Shown: positions 45,656 through 56,794, counted from the first letter of the stretch. The stretch is 64,000 bases of DNA from an uncultured virus (IMG/VR IMGVR_UViG_3300038393_001141) (IMGVR_UViG_3300038393_001141), one strand, 5' to 3'. A program made the numbers and translations. The notes: generated by a model not told the origin, from the sequence alone.

Positions 45656-47908
45656 ATGGCTACCATCCGCATACAGCCATTCAGTGGTCTGGTACCGCGG
45701 AAATCGGCCAACCTGCTGGAGAATGGTCAAGCCCAGACTGCGCTAAACGCCAAGCTGTATTCCGGCGAGATACGTCCGTGGAAGCAGCCCCTCAAGATAT
45801 CTACCACACTGTGCTCCAGCGCGACCACAGTGTACCGTTTGACCGACAATTCAACCGAAAGGTGGCTCTCGTGGCCACAAGTGGTCAACGTCGCCCCTAG
45901 CCAGATTGCCGACTTCACCGATCGGCGCATCTACTACACCACACCATCTGACATCCCGAAGAAAACCAATCTTGCACTGGCATCGACCGGAGCAGGGCCC
46001 TGGCCGGCAGCATGGCGGGATATGGGAGTAACAGGGCCCACCGCAGCACCAACCCTGGCAAAGATCGACGGGGCTGGGGTATCTGAGACCCGTGCGTATG
46101 TGTATACAAACGTGTCGACGTTCGGTGCTGTTTTAGAAGAGTCAGCGCCCAGCCTGCCTACATCGGTGTCGTTGCTGCCCACTGGCGGAACGGTAAATGT
46201 GAGCGGGTTCACTGTCGCTCCCCTGTTCAGCACAATAACCCCGGGGTCTGGGTACACGAACGGAACATATGCCGGAGTCACCACAACCCTATCATCTGGT
46301 ACAGCACCCACTGTATATCCAAAAGTCACGGTTACCGTAGCTGGGGGTGTTGTGACTGCTGTCACAGTTGACGCCCCTGGTAGTGGGTATGGAGCCACGA
46401 CGGCCCTGACGGTTCCTGCAGCGTCTATTGGTGGCACAGGCTCTGGGTTCAGCGTAGTGGTAGGTCAGAACATCACAAGCCGCAGGATTTACCGCTCCGT
46501 TACTGATACCTACCTTCTGGTAGCTGACGTGCCTATAAATGAATCGCAAGTAACCATAACGAACGCAGCTCCGGCTGTGGTCACATGGACTGCTCACGGA
46601 TTCTCCGCAGGGCAGCCGGTATTCTTCAGAACAACAGGAGCGCTGCCAACCGGGCTTACGGCAGGGACGATCTATTTTGTAATAGCGGCAGGGTTGACTG
46701 CGAACTCTTTCGAAGTGTCAGCCACCGTTGGAGGCGCCGCGATAAACACCTCCACTGCCGGGTCTGGTGTGAATACAGGGTCTACGGCGTATAGCGATAC
46801 CATAGCAGCCGCAAGCCTCCCGGGCGATGCCCTCAACTCGCTTGCATGGCTACCTCCACCGGTCAACCTACAGGGTCTGGTGAATATGCCAAACGGCATG
46901 ATGGCTGGGTTTGTGGGCAACCAGGTGTACTTCTGTGAGCCGTACTACCCCCATGCCTGGCCTATAGCCTACGCGCTATCTGTGGAATACCAGATCGTTG
47001 GATTGGGAGTTTTCGGATCAAGCCTGGTCGTGTGTACCCAAGGGAAACCATACATAATTTCAGGCATCCACCCCAGCTCGATGTCGCAGGAAAAGCAGCC
47101 GCTGCTTGAGCCTTGCATGTCGTTGAGATCGATCACCCAAGATCAATACGGTGTCTTGTACGCATCGCCCAACGGGCTGGTGGCGATAGGCCCTGGGGTT
47201 GCCGACGTGATCACTAAGCCACTGTACAACCGCACAGACTGGCAGGTTCTTGATCCGTCGACAATGATAGCGACGATGTACGCCGGGAACTACATATCTC
47301 TCTATGGTAGTGCTGGTAAGGCGATTGTGTTCTCCCGGGATGATGTTCCGGCCTTGGCTGAGCTGCTGCTTAACTTCGCTAATTTGTACGTGGACCAGAT
47401 GACCGCCAAGATGTACGGCGTCTCAACCATAGACGGGTTCTTGTACCAGTTCGATGCTGACCCGGATAATAACCAATCCTACGAGTGGAAGTCTCCGCGG
47501 TATGTGATCGCGCAGCCTAGCGCGTTTACTTGTTTCCAGGTAGCTGCTGACTACTCGAACATAGCTGACACCAACGCGATCATAGCAAGCAATGCAGCAA
47601 AGGCCGCTGCTAACGCAGCACTCCTGGCAGCCGGGAATCTAGGCGGGGTACTCAACGGGGCAGCTCTGAATGTGTACGCAGTCAACGGAAGTATCCTGGC
47701 GACTCTCGCAAGTTCGGTAGCGGCCCGGTCTGTCACTGTAACTCTCTACGCGGACAACACCCAGATACTGTCCACCCCTGTCACGTCGATCGAGCCCATA
47801 CGCATACCACCTGTGCGTGCTTACACTTGGGAGATCGCGATTTCAGGGACTATCGCAGCACGATCATTTTTCATGGCCACCAGTGTGGCCGAACTAAGGA
47901 TGGGCTAA
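45656..47908 (+). CDS. tail tubular protein B/nozzle-like protein with inserted domains
   Basis: FSGLVPR, RAYVYT.V...EESAPS, FCEPY.PHAWP..Y, YEWKS motifs. Confidence 0.75.
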   Translation: MATIRIQPFSGLVPRKSANLLENGQAQTALNAKLYSGEIRPWKQPLKISTTLCSSATTVYRLTDNSTERWLSWPQVVNVAPSQIADFTDRRIYYTTPSDIPKKTNLALASTGAGPWPAAWRDMGVTGPTAAPTLAKIDGAGVSETRAYVYTNVSTFGAVLEESAPSLPTSVSLLPTGGTVNVSGFTVAPLFSTITPGSGYTNGTYAGVTTTLSSGTAPTVYPKVTVTVAGGVVTAVTVDAPGSGYGATTALTVPAASIGGTGSGFSVVVGQNITSRRIYRSVTDTYLLVADVPINESQVTITNAAPAVVTWTAHGFSAGQPVFFRTTGALPTGLTAGTIYFVIAAGLTANSFEVSATVGGAAINTSTAGSGVNTGSTAYSDTIAAASLPGDALNSLAWLPPPVNLQGLVNMPNGMMAGFVGNQVYFCEPYYPHAWPIAYALSVEYQIVGLGVFGSSLVVCTQGKPYIISGIHPSSMSQEKQPLLEPCMSLRSITQDQYGVLYASPNGLVAIGPGVADVITKPLYNRTDWQVLDPSTMIATMYAGNYISLYGSAGKAIVFSRDDVPALAELLLNFANLYVDQMTAKMYGVSTIDGFLYQFDADPDNNQSYEWKSPRYVIAQPSAFTCFQVAADYSNIADTNAIIASNAAKAAANAALLAAGNLGGVLNGAALNVYAVNGSILATLASSVAARSVTVTLYADNTQILSTPVTSIEPIRIPPVRAYTWEIAISGTIAARSFFMATSVAELRMG

Positions 47909-48108
47909 TGGCGATCAGAAAACCTGCAATACCGGCAGTAACACCGACCAATATTGGGTCGTCAATCGGAGCTATCAAAGAAACAATAGAAATCATCACA
48001 GGTGCTCGCGGCGGAGAGCTCACACAGCTCGCTACAACTGCAACGACAGCTGACATAATTACCAAGATAAATCAGATAGTAATCCGACTGAATGCGTCTG
48101 GTACATAG
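47908..48108 (+). CDS. small virion-associated protein
   Basis: MAIRKPAIP...IKETIEIITGARGG; coupled. Confidence 0.55.
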   Translation: MAIRKPAIPAVTPTNIGSSIGAIKETIEIITGARGGELTQLATTATTADIITKINQIVIRLNASGT

Positions 48109-48142
48109 ACAAATACATGAAAATATGATATAAACGCAATAC

Positions 48143-48745
48143 ATGAATACAGCGCTGATTACAACACTACAAGCACACATTGGCATGACACTGACACCAG
48201 ATTTGGCTGTGCAGATCATGATGGCTGCCGACCAGATGGACGCCCTGATAACTCCCGAGGCTATAGATAAGATCGAACCTGAGCAGTGTGGAGAATTCAC
48301 ATTTGCCGTTGAGCGCATGGTGCACATAATGGAGGAGATGAAGCCTCTACATCAAGCGCATTGGAATGAGACCGAAACCTACAGCCATGGACTTGCGCTA
48401 GACCCGGACTACCAGACTTTTCTCCAATACGAGCGAGCCGGTAGGTATGTTCTCTTTACCTTACGAAAAGATGGAAAGCTACTGGGAAACTGCGCGATGT
48501 ACCTATGCCAGAGTACACATACTCAAACACTACTTGCCACGGAAGATACGCTTTACCTATTGCCTGAAGCCCGCAAAGGGAGAACTGCCGTGCGGTTTGT
48601 TTCATACATAGAAAGAGCCTTGAAGCAGTTTGGTGTGAGAGAGATAAAGATCAGCGTGAAGCTGGTAAACAAGGCAGGCCGGTTCTTCCAAATGGTGGGC
48701 TACAAACACATCGAAAACGGACTGTCAAAAATGCTGGAGGCGTAA
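48143..48745 (+). CDS. GNAT acetyltransferase-like protein
   Basis: DTLYLLPEARKG acetyl-CoA motif A-like, FFQMVGY. Confidence 0.75.
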   Translation: MNTALITTLQAHIGMTLTPDLAVQIMMAADQMDALITPEAIDKIEPEQCGEFTFAVERMVHIMEEMKPLHQAHWNETETYSHGLALDPDYQTFLQYERAGRYVLFTLRKDGKLLGNCAMYLCQSTHTQTLLATEDTLYLLPEARKGRTAVRFVSYIERALKQFGVREIKISVKLVNKAGRFFQMVGYKHIENGLSKMLEA

Positions 48746-48748
48746 GAC

Positions 48749-49567
48749 ATGTGCGCACCAAAACCTGACCCTAATATTGGACTGGCAGCTAATGCCAGCG
48801 CTGATGTTTCCAGAGATGCACTAGCTTTTAACAAGCAGGTGTATGAGGAAGGCAAGCCTGCCGCCGCCCAGCAATTAGCTATGGCGCAACAAGCAGTGGA
48901 TACAGCTACTGCGTCCCAAAAAACCAATGACCAGCTCGCCGCTGATTATGCTCAGCGCATGAAGGATACGTTCTACCCATTGCAGGATTCAATGGTGAAG
49001 CAGGCTACGGACGCCGGCGGGGCATCAGATCAGGAAGAGTATGCAAACCTGGCCAGGGGAGCCAACGAGTCCGCCTTGCAGGCTCAGAACCAACAGAATA
49101 CGCGAACGCTTCAAGGTCTGGGTATAAACCCCAACTCTGGCGCGAATATCGCAATGCTGAATACCCAGGCCATACAAAACGCGGCTATCCAGGGCAATGC
49201 GATGAACCAAGCCAGGATGGCTGCCAGGCAACTAGGATGGGCTAAACAATCAGATGCTGTGGCTATAGGCCAAGGACTGCCAGCGAACCAGGCAACATCT
49301 GCAGGGCTCGCCTTGAATGCTACAAACACAGGAGTCAATGCATCGATGACTCCCGCTCAAAACAGTGCAGTGCGTGCAGGTCAGATGAACCAAGGATATG
49401 GTGTTGGGCTTCAGGGGTACAACCAGCAGGGTAACCTCGGGCTAGGTATTTACCAAGGGAAGTTGCAGGGATACAACGCGAATATGGAAATGCTTGGAAG
49501 TATCGTTGGTATGGGCGGCACGCTTGGTGCGGCAGGTCTAGGAGCCAAGGCACCAATTCCAGTGTAA
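48749..49567 (+). CDS. internal virion/ejection protein
   Basis: MC..PD start; A/Q/G-rich; GINPNSG. Confidence 0.7.
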   Translation: MCAPKPDPNIGLAANASADVSRDALAFNKQVYEEGKPAAAQQLAMAQQAVDTATASQKTNDQLAADYAQRMKDTFYPLQDSMVKQATDAGGASDQEEYANLARGANESALQAQNQQNTRTLQGLGINPNSGANIAMLNTQAIQNAAIQGNAMNQARMAARQLGWAKQSDAVAIGQGLPANQATSAGLALNATNTGVNASMTPAQNSAVRAGQMNQGYGVGLQGYNQQGNLGLGIYQGKLQGYNANMEMLGSIVGMGGTLGAAGLGAKAPIPV

Positions 49568-49580
49568 TCAGGAGATAGAT

Positions 49581-50918
49581 ATGGGGTTCGCACATGGGTT
49601 CGCGACAGGTACTCAGGTTGGAAATTCCTGGCTACAAAACTACCGCGACGCTAAGCTCAAGGCAGGTCTAGCTGCTGCAGGTAATTTCTCTCCAACAGAG
49701 GTTGCCAGCGGTGAGGAAGCTCTTACAGCTGCGGAGAAGGCCAAACAGTTTCAAATTGGACAGATCAGTGCAGACGACCCGGACTTTGCATCAAAGTACA
49801 AGCAGGTGCAAGATGACTTTGCGCCTACCATGTCTGGTCTTGAAGCACAGCGTGCCAAAGGCGCGAGCCAGATGGTTCAACTCCCTGGAGGTCGCCGGAT
49901 AGAGCAAGACGAAGCCTTCTCCCCAGAGCAAATGGCTGGACTACGTGCAGAACAAGCATCCAAGGTTTATGCCCAGCAAGGGTATCCTGAAGAAGCTGCG
50001 AAGTCGACGCTTGCATCGCAAGGCATAGTTAAGGGCAAGCAAGATATAGAAAAGAATTCCATGGAGCTCAAGGCTCTAAAGCGCACTGAAGCTCAGCACG
50101 ACGAGTGGGCAGCTGAAGACGCTATGCACAAGGACTATCTTAATCCAGACACCCCTGTAGCGGAGAAAGACAAATATCGCAAAACGCTGATGAACAAAGT
50201 CCTTCCTATGATCGACGGGAACAATCCCTACCTACCCGGCGTTATCGGTAAGAGTGTTTCCAAGGACGGTAAGTCCGTGACGATAGAGGAGAATGGCGCC
50301 ACCCGTATTGTGCCTGTAACTGACGCTCTCATTCAAAAGGCTCATATGCTGGCACAGCTTGCTCGTGATCCCAAGATGCAGGCCGAGTATCACATGAAGA
50401 TGCAGGATCGTGTAGCAACCGAAGCTGGTTTGGATAAACGGGCAGAGGGCAACAACAGGACACAGCTGCAGGTAGGCCGCGAGAATAATGCTTCAGCTGA
50501 GAAGGTTGCAGGCATTCGAGCAGCCGCACTTCAGACCCGCGGTGGCGGTGCAGGTGGTGTCCCAGGTCTTACACCTGAATTGAACCAGCAGCGCATTGCT
50601 GAGATGCAGGCGATCGAGGATGACCACACCTTGACCAGCGCCCAAAAAGACGATCAGATGAATCGCGTGCAGTTGAAATACAACGCGAAGGCTTCGCAGC
50701 TGCGGGAGCCAAACCCAGCCAAGGTGGGACTTAAAGACGGACTGAGCAGCGATGGGCTGACCCTGACTATGGACGGGAAGGTGTACAACCGAAGCATGGA
50801 TGGTAGGAGCTGGGAACCGGTTCAGATGCCCAATGAGAGTGGTGAAGAGGTGCGCTACGATGCCCAAGGCAATGCCTGGGTCAAGGGCCCGGATGGTAAA
50901 CCGGTGCGTAAGCAATGA
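49581..50918 (+). CDS. internal virion/ejection protein
   Basis: MGFAHGFATG start, helical, position. Confidence 0.65.
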   Translation: MGFAHGFATGTQVGNSWLQNYRDAKLKAGLAAAGNFSPTEVASGEEALTAAEKAKQFQIGQISADDPDFASKYKQVQDDFAPTMSGLEAQRAKGASQMVQLPGGRRIEQDEAFSPEQMAGLRAEQASKVYAQQGYPEEAAKSTLASQGIVKGKQDIEKNSMELKALKRTEAQHDEWAAEDAMHKDYLNPDTPVAEKDKYRKTLMNKVLPMIDGNNPYLPGVIGKSVSKDGKSVTIEENGATRIVPVTDALIQKAHMLAQLARDPKMQAEYHMKMQDRVATEAGLDKRAEGNNRTQLQVGRENNASAEKVAGIRAAALQTRGGGAGGVPGLTPELNQQRIAEMQAIEDDHTLTSAQKDDQMNRVQLKYNAKASQLREPNPAKVGLKDGLSSDGLTLTMDGKVYNRSMDGRSWEPVQMPNESGEEVRYDAQGNAWVKGPDGKPVRKQ

Positions 50919-53900
50919 ACTGGGATGATCTGAGCCCGACACCTCCCTCTAGTCAATCTGGAGCACCTAACTGGGATGATCTGAGTCCTGCACCTCCTCG
51001 CACCAAGAAATCCAGCGACGTAAAAACCGCGTTTGTCCAAGGTATCAAGGAAGTACCAGGCGCCATAACAGGGCTTGCGGATATCCCTGCAGGTCTGGTA
51101 GGGCTCAATCGCCCATTCTCCCGAGCCGCTGACGCTGTTGGAGAGGCTATCGGGTTCCAACCTAGCAAGTACGCAAAGGCCGACGAGGCCAAGTATTCCG
51201 ACAAGCACAAGGCCCAGAAGGCAGAGATCGATGCCATCGAGAAAGACCCCAACAAAGGGTTTAAGGACATGGCAGAGTTCTACGCCAAGAACCCTGAATA
51301 CACTGGATTGAATATCGTACGGTCTCTGCCTTCCATGGTTTTGGGAGGTGTGTATGGTAGAGCGCTGAAGGGCATTGGAGGTAGTGCGGTAGCTCGCGGT
51401 GCGGCTGGTGAAGGTGCTGTTATGGCCGGCCAGCAGATGGAAGGGATAGACAAGAATGTTGACCCGCAGCGAGCAGCTGCGGCAGCTGTAGCCACTGGTA
51501 CGATCGGGGCAGGTATAGGTGCTCTTGGCGGTCGCATCGCGCAAAAAGCAGGTATTGCAGATGTCAACACACTTCTTGCAGGTGGTGGCCGCGGCACCGG
51601 TCCAGTTGACCTGGTCAAGAGGGGAATCATAGGACGCAGTGCTACAGGCTTGGTTCAGGAAGGCACAGAAGAACTAGGCCAGTCTCTCACGGAGCAGGGC
51701 GCCAAGAACCTGGCTGAAGAAAAGCCGTTCACTCAAGGCATGATGCGTGCTGGTATTGAAGGCACACTTGCAGGTAGCGCCATGGGCGCCGGTGCTGGAG
51801 CAATAAGCCGCAGCCGTAGCGGTGAGACCGCGGTAAACGCAAATCCCACTGAGCACGAAGAGCCCGCAGACGAAGCTGCGCAAGTTGCCGAAGAGGCCCT
51901 GCAGGCCGCACCCGAGCAGCAACCCCAGCCCACCCAAGACATGCCGGCGCCTCCTGCCGGTAACCCGCTCATCGAACAGCAACAGGCTGAGCAAGAACAA
52001 GAAGCCCGGGCACAGGCTGCCAAGGCCAAAAGAGACGCGCTTATCTCCAAGGTAGGAGGTGTGGTGCCGATCGCTGGCACCAACATGTCGTTGTTCAACG
52101 GCAAGCCCTACCACAATGACGATCCTGACGGAGCGCTGGACAAGCAGATAGCCAAGCTGCAGGAAGCCGAAGACCAGAAACCTACCGTGCGCCGTGCTGT
52201 TGAGGATGCATACGTATCCGCATTCAACGACATGAATAAGACGGCGATCGGAGCCGGCGAGGTCAAACCACTCACTTTCTCTGGCATCACAGGGAAAGTA
52301 GCCAAACTGGTCGGCGGTGCCCAAGATGCCGAGGATGCTGCCTCACGCATAAGCGCCCAGATCGATTTAAAGGTAGGTGCCAATGGTAAGGTATCGCCTG
52401 AGGTTGAATTGCTGCAGGATATCTATGAAAGGCTCACTGGTGAGGAGCATCCGTCCATTGCCAGAGTGCAGGAAATACAAAACCAGGAGAAGGCCAATGC
52501 GAAGCCAAGTGTGGTTCAACCAGCAGCAAAGACAGAACCTGCAACAAGCACCCCAGTTCCTTCAGCGGTCCCCTCAATTCCTGCAACAAGCACCGCAGCA
52601 TCTTCAGGGGCATCAGCGCAGCCAACCGCTTCCGTCAACGCTCAGGCCCCTGCAGTATCAAGACCCGGACCCAGCGGGGGGGTCACCCCTGCACCGCAAC
52701 TCGTCATAGTAACACGGCAAGGTAAGCAGGTTCAGCTACCCAAGGAGACCATTGCCAAGGATGTAGCTGCAGCGTACGCAGACCCCAAGAAGGCTCCAAT
52801 CCTACAGGATGTGACCGGTACAGAATCCGGCAACACCATGACCTTCCGGGAAGCGGCGGTGGCGTCCCTCACTCGCCAGAAGAAACCGGCAACGGAAAAG
52901 GCAGTAGAGAACGAGCGCAAGCGCATCCACAAGATGCTTGCAGGATTGGGCATCACTGAGGCTGTGGTGGATAAGGTATCGTCGACGCAAGCGTCGAGAC
53001 CCCTTGAAGAAGTATCAGATCAGCCAGACGAAGGTGTGAGCATAGTCAACAGCCCGAACGCATCGGTAGCGATCGAGCCCCTGACCCCCAAGCAGAAAAA
53101 GCTGCAGGGTGAAGCTGACAAAATAATGAAAGAGCAGGCCGATGTCAAAACGCCTGAAGTTACGACCGCCGCAGAGCAGGAGGTTGAGAAAGCAATAGAG
53201 GAACGGCGACGTGCCGCAGCAGAAGCCACCAGACAACGAGCAATTGCAGAGGCCGCCAGGTCTCCCTATGCCAACGAAGCAAGAGACGATTGGAATGATA
53301 TTCCGGATGTAATAGATGGAGTAGCCCCTAAGTTCGACCAGCTCACAGTCGATGAGAGAGCAGAAATTGTGGCTCTTTACGAAATGTATAAGAATGATGT
53401 AATCTCATACGCACAGTTTGAGATTTACGAACGCGGGATTTTGCTTGATCAGGAGAAAATAGATGGTGGGTACGACTCAGAAGCTGCAGCAACTCTACCT
53501 GGAGTTCGCGATGATGTCACCCGAGCAAAAAGCTCAAGTGATGAAGGAAGCACCGGAGTTTCACAAATCAGCAACAAGGATGGCTCCGATAATGCTGAAG
53601 GTGGAAGCGGCCCGGCAAAAGCGCCTGTCGTCGCAATAAAGAAAAAGCGGTCAGTAAAGACAGAGGCCAACCCGGAAGCTGCCCAAGACTTCAAAGACGG
53701 ACTGTCGGACCTGGGAGATATTCTCACCAAAGTTGGGCGGGCAAACCTAACGCCTGAGCAGGATAAAGACCTTCTCGGGGTACTGACCAAACTCGTCGGT
53801 GCGGCTATCCGCATGGGATACTCCTCCCTGGAGCAAGCCACGAGGTTCGTTCTGGATTCTGTCAAGAAGAAGTTCGGCGCTAAGGCTGTGCCTGTCACCC

Positions 53901-56794
53901 CTGCGCGAGTCAAGACCGCGTACCAATCCAGCAGCATAATCGAACGCAACGTATCCAAGCTACCACCCTCACTGCAGGGCCCTGCGTTCATCGCTGCTAC
54001 CAACATCAAAGATTTGGTGCAGAAAGGTATTTTTGGTCTAAGCTTCGGTCATGACCTGGCAGATATGGTTTCCGATACCTTGCCTACCGCCAAGAGATTC
54101 TTCGATTTTCTAGATAAAAAAGAGGCGGTAAAAAACCGGCTTGAACTGGAGATAAACAATATAGCCGCGGAAGGGTATAAAGTTCCGGATCAAGCAGCGC
54201 TTAACAAATTTCTTAAGACATCCACTCGTAGCCAGAAGTGGGGGTACCAGCCAACGTGGCTTACAGAGAATAAGCCAGACCCTGCAGCCCAAGCAGCTTA
54301 TGACAAACTAGCGAAGAAAGAGCGTACCGCTGCAGAGTACGAGAAACTTATGAAAACAGCTAAGCCTGTCAAAGTCAAGGTGGCTATAGACCCCGCAGCG
54401 GCAGCGGCTTACGACAAGCTTTCCAAGCAATCCAAGGTTGTAGCTGACAAGATGTTCCATAGTGGCTGGAAGTCACGCAATGACCTTACGTCTGAGGTTC
54501 GCAACAGCATAAATACTGGGTTCGATGAGGAATTAAAATTAGCATCTGAAGCTGAGAAGGCTAAAATACGCGAGAAGCGCAAGGCCGAAATGCATTTATT
54601 TGATACTCAATTTCGTGCTCTCAGCGGCCCGTACGCTCCCCTGTCCCGGTTCGGCGATTTCGTCATGGTGGCCAAGTCCCAGGAACGAATTGATGCTGAG
54701 AAGCGCGGAGATACCAAGTGGCTTGAGAAGGAGGGCATCGAACCAGAACATTATGTAGTGGAATTCCATGACAGCCTGGGCGCCGCCAAGTGGGCTGCAA
54801 AGCAGCTGGAAGGCACTTACGCAAACACTGTAGGCGCTACCAAGCAAGCCTACGCCAAGGGCATGTCAGAAGCCCCATGGTCAGCTCTGCGGCGGCTGAA
54901 GATGATGGTCAACGAGCACTTCAAGGACAACTCCGAAGAGGGAAAAAAGGCTCTGACTCAGGTAAACCAGCTCTTGAAGGATTTGTACCTGTCCAACCTG
55001 GCAGAGACTGCAGCACGCAAGCACGATCTTAAACGCAAGGATATTGAAGGTGCATCGGATGATATGCTCCGAGCATTCGCTTCCAAGGGCAAGGCTGACG
55101 CACACTTTATGGCTGCGCTGATGCATACCGGAGAAGTTCAGGATGCCCTAACAGAGATGCGAAACGAGGCCCACGGCACCACTGACAACAGCTCGGGGCG
55201 AGCTGAGCGTACCAACGCCTTCAACGAAATATTCAGGCGCTATGCGGGTAGCATGGACTACAGGCCGACCCCGGTACAGGACAAAATCCTGATGCTCAAC
55301 TCTGTGTGGATGCTCCTGACTAAGCCATCCTACTACCTGCAGAATGCGACTCAGCCGTTTATGATGTCTCTTCCGGTCATGGCCGGTCGTCATGGGTACA
55401 TTAAGTCAGCTGCAACGCTCACGCAAGCGTACAGAGACCTAGCTGATGGATTTGGTAAGGACTCCGCGGTTCAGGGGTTCCTGGACGGTCACTTTGATGT
55501 GAATGCCATGCCTATCAAGGCCGATGAAAAAGCAGCTCTCAAGAAGCTACTGGAGCTTGGCATCCTGGATATCGGCATAAATATGGACATGGGCTATTGG
55601 GAGTCCCGTGGTGGTTTGGCACAGCCCGCAGTGGATGTTGCACATAGAATGTCGACGCTGGTTAAGCAGGTGGAGGTAATGAACCGGGTAACCACTGCGC
55701 TTACTGCATACCGGCTCGCTGGTGGCGGCACCAAGGGCATAGAAGAGGCTAAACAGGTTGTGCGTACAACCCACGGCAACTACTCCACGTTCAACGCTCC
55801 CAGTTTTTATAATAAGCTGCCAAAGCTGGTGGTTCAGTTCAGGAAATTCCAGCTAATCCAGTTGTCCCTTATGTCAAGGTTGGTGCATCAATCCTTCAAG
55901 GGCGACACCAAGGAAATCAAAGCAGCGGCAAGGGCATCGCTGGCGTACACGCTAGGGCATTATTTTGTTATGGCTGGAGCCTTGGGTATGCCGGCCATGA
56001 GTCTCGTCGGTATGGGGCTTGCAGCTGCGTTTGGAGACGAAGAAGAACCAGAAGACTTTGAGCTCTTGGCACGGCGTGCGATCGGGAATGAAGAAGTCGC
56101 AGATGTATTGCTTAAAGGCGCTCCAACCCTGGCAGGCATGGACCTCTCCGGGATGCTGGGCGCTGGTAACATGATAAGTTTCCTACCGTACAACGACATA
56201 AACATAACATCAGCCAAGGGATTCAAGGAGACCGGCTGGGGTATCTTGGGGCCAGCTATAGGCGGCACTGCACCTAAAATGGCTGAGGGCATAGGATTGA
56301 TGCAGAAGGGTGACATCTACAAGGGTTTCGAGAAGATGCTACCCAACGGTCTTGCCAACGCTATGAAAGCCTACCGGGAAGCTACCGAGGGGATGTCGAA
56401 CAAGAACAACGACATGACCCTAAGCCCAGAGGAAATAAGCCTGTGGGACTCGTTCCTGACTTCAATGAGCATCCGCACCCAAACAGCTGCCAAGACTCAA
56501 CTGGTGCAGGGAGCCAAGATCGACTATGAAAACTTCTACAAAGAGCGAACCGGTGAGATCAAGCACCGCTATGTAAAAGCCTGGAAAGAAGGTGATGGGG
56601 ACACCATGGCTGAGATGCGCCAGGAGTGGCAGGATGTCCAGATGTCAAAAGCTCGGAACGGGTTTGCCAAACAGCCGATGAGTGATCTTGTCAGAGCCCC
56701 CCGCGAGCAGAGAAAGCGCGAACGCAACACTGCCGGAGGGGTTCAGTTTCAGAAAGGATCAAGAAGGTTTGTTCATGAGACTGCTGGGTTATGA
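50915..56794 (+). CDS. large internal virion (ejection) protein with PLxRFG domain
   Basis: 1959 aa; YAPLSRFGDF motif; QFRKFQ and hydrophobic C-terminal region. Confidence 0.8.
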   Translation: MNWDDLSPTPPSSQSGAPNWDDLSPAPPRTKKSSDVKTAFVQGIKEVPGAITGLADIPAGLVGLNRPFSRAADAVGEAIGFQPSKYAKADEAKYSDKHKAQKAEIDAIEKDPNKGFKDMAEFYAKNPEYTGLNIVRSLPSMVLGGVYGRALKGIGGSAVARGAAGEGAVMAGQQMEGIDKNVDPQRAAAAAVATGTIGAGIGALGGRIAQKAGIADVNTLLAGGGRGTGPVDLVKRGIIGRSATGLVQEGTEELGQSLTEQGAKNLAEEKPFTQGMMRAGIEGTLAGSAMGAGAGAISRSRSGETAVNANPTEHEEPADEAAQVAEEALQAAPEQQPQPTQDMPAPPAGNPLIEQQQAEQEQEARAQAAKAKRDALISKVGGVVPIAGTNMSLFNGKPYHNDDPDGALDKQIAKLQEAEDQKPTVRRAVEDAYVSAFNDMNKTAIGAGEVKPLTFSGITGKVAKLVGGAQDAEDAASRISAQIDLKVGANGKVSPEVELLQDIYERLTGEEHPSIARVQEIQNQEKANAKPSVVQPAAKTEPATSTPVPSAVPSIPATSTAASSGASAQPTASVNAQAPAVSRPGPSGGVTPAPQLVIVTRQGKQVQLPKETIAKDVAAAYADPKKAPILQDVTGTESGNTMTFREAAVASLTRQKKPATEKAVENERKRIHKMLAGLGITEAVVDKVSSTQASRPLEEVSDQPDEGVSIVNSPNASVAIEPLTPKQKKLQGEADKIMKEQADVKTPEVTTAAEQEVEKAIEERRRAAAEATRQRAIAEAARSPYANEARDDWNDIPDVIDGVAPKFDQLTVDERAEIVALYEMYKNDVISYAQFEIYERGILLDQEKIDGGYDSEAAATLPGVRDDVTRAKSSSDEGSTGVSQISNKDGSDNAEGGSGPAKAPVVAIKKKRSVKTEANPEAAQDFKDGLSDLGDILTKVGRANLTPEQDKDLLGVLTKLVGAAIRMGYSSLEQATRFVLDSVKKKFGAKAVPVTPARVKTAYQSSSIIERNVSKLPPSLQGPAFIAATNIKDLVQKGIFGLSFGHDLADMVSDTLPTAKRFFDFLDKKEAVKNRLELEINNIAAEGYKVPDQAALNKFLKTSTRSQKWGYQPTWLTENKPDPAAQAAYDKLAKKERTAAEYEKLMKTAKPVKVKVAIDPAAAAAYDKLSKQSKVVADKMFHSGWKSRNDLTSEVRNSINTGFDEELKLASEAEKAKIREKRKAEMHLFDTQFRALSGPYAPLSRFGDFVMVAKSQERIDAEKRGDTKWLEKEGIEPEHYVVEFHDSLGAAKWAAKQLEGTYANTVGATKQAYAKGMSEAPWSALRRLKMMVNEHFKDNSEEGKKALTQVNQLLKDLYLSNLAETAARKHDLKRKDIEGASDDMLRAFASKGKADAHFMAALMHTGEVQDALTEMRNEAHGTTDNSSGRAERTNAFNEIFRRYAGSMDYRPTPVQDKILMLNSVWMLLTKPSYYLQNATQPFMMSLPVMAGRHGYIKSAATLTQAYRDLADGFGKDSAVQGFLDGHFDVNAMPIKADEKAALKKLLELGILDIGINMDMGYWESRGGLAQPAVDVAHRMSTLVKQVEVMNRVTTALTAYRLAGGGTKGIEEAKQVVRTTHGNYSTFNAPSFYNKLPKLVVQFRKFQLIQLSLMSRLVHQSFKGDTKEIKAAARASLAYTLGHYFVMAGALGMPAMSLVGMGLAAAFGDEEEPEDFELLARRAIGNEEVADVLLKGAPTLAGMDLSGMLGAGNMISFLPYNDINITSAKGFKETGWGILGPAIGGTAPKMAEGIGLMQKGDIYKGFEKMLPNGLANAMKAYREATEGMSNKNNDMTLSPEEISLWDSFLTSMSIRTQTAAKTQLVQGAKIDYENFYKERTGEIKHRYVKAWKEGDGDTMAEMRQEWQDVQMSKARNGFAKQPMSDLVRAPREQRKRERNTAGGVQFQKGSRRFVHETAGL

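Noticed and set aside
43995..47908. Diversity-generating retroelement acting on tail genes
   Set aside because: No reverse transcriptase ORF and no TR/VR pair differing at adenines was seen.
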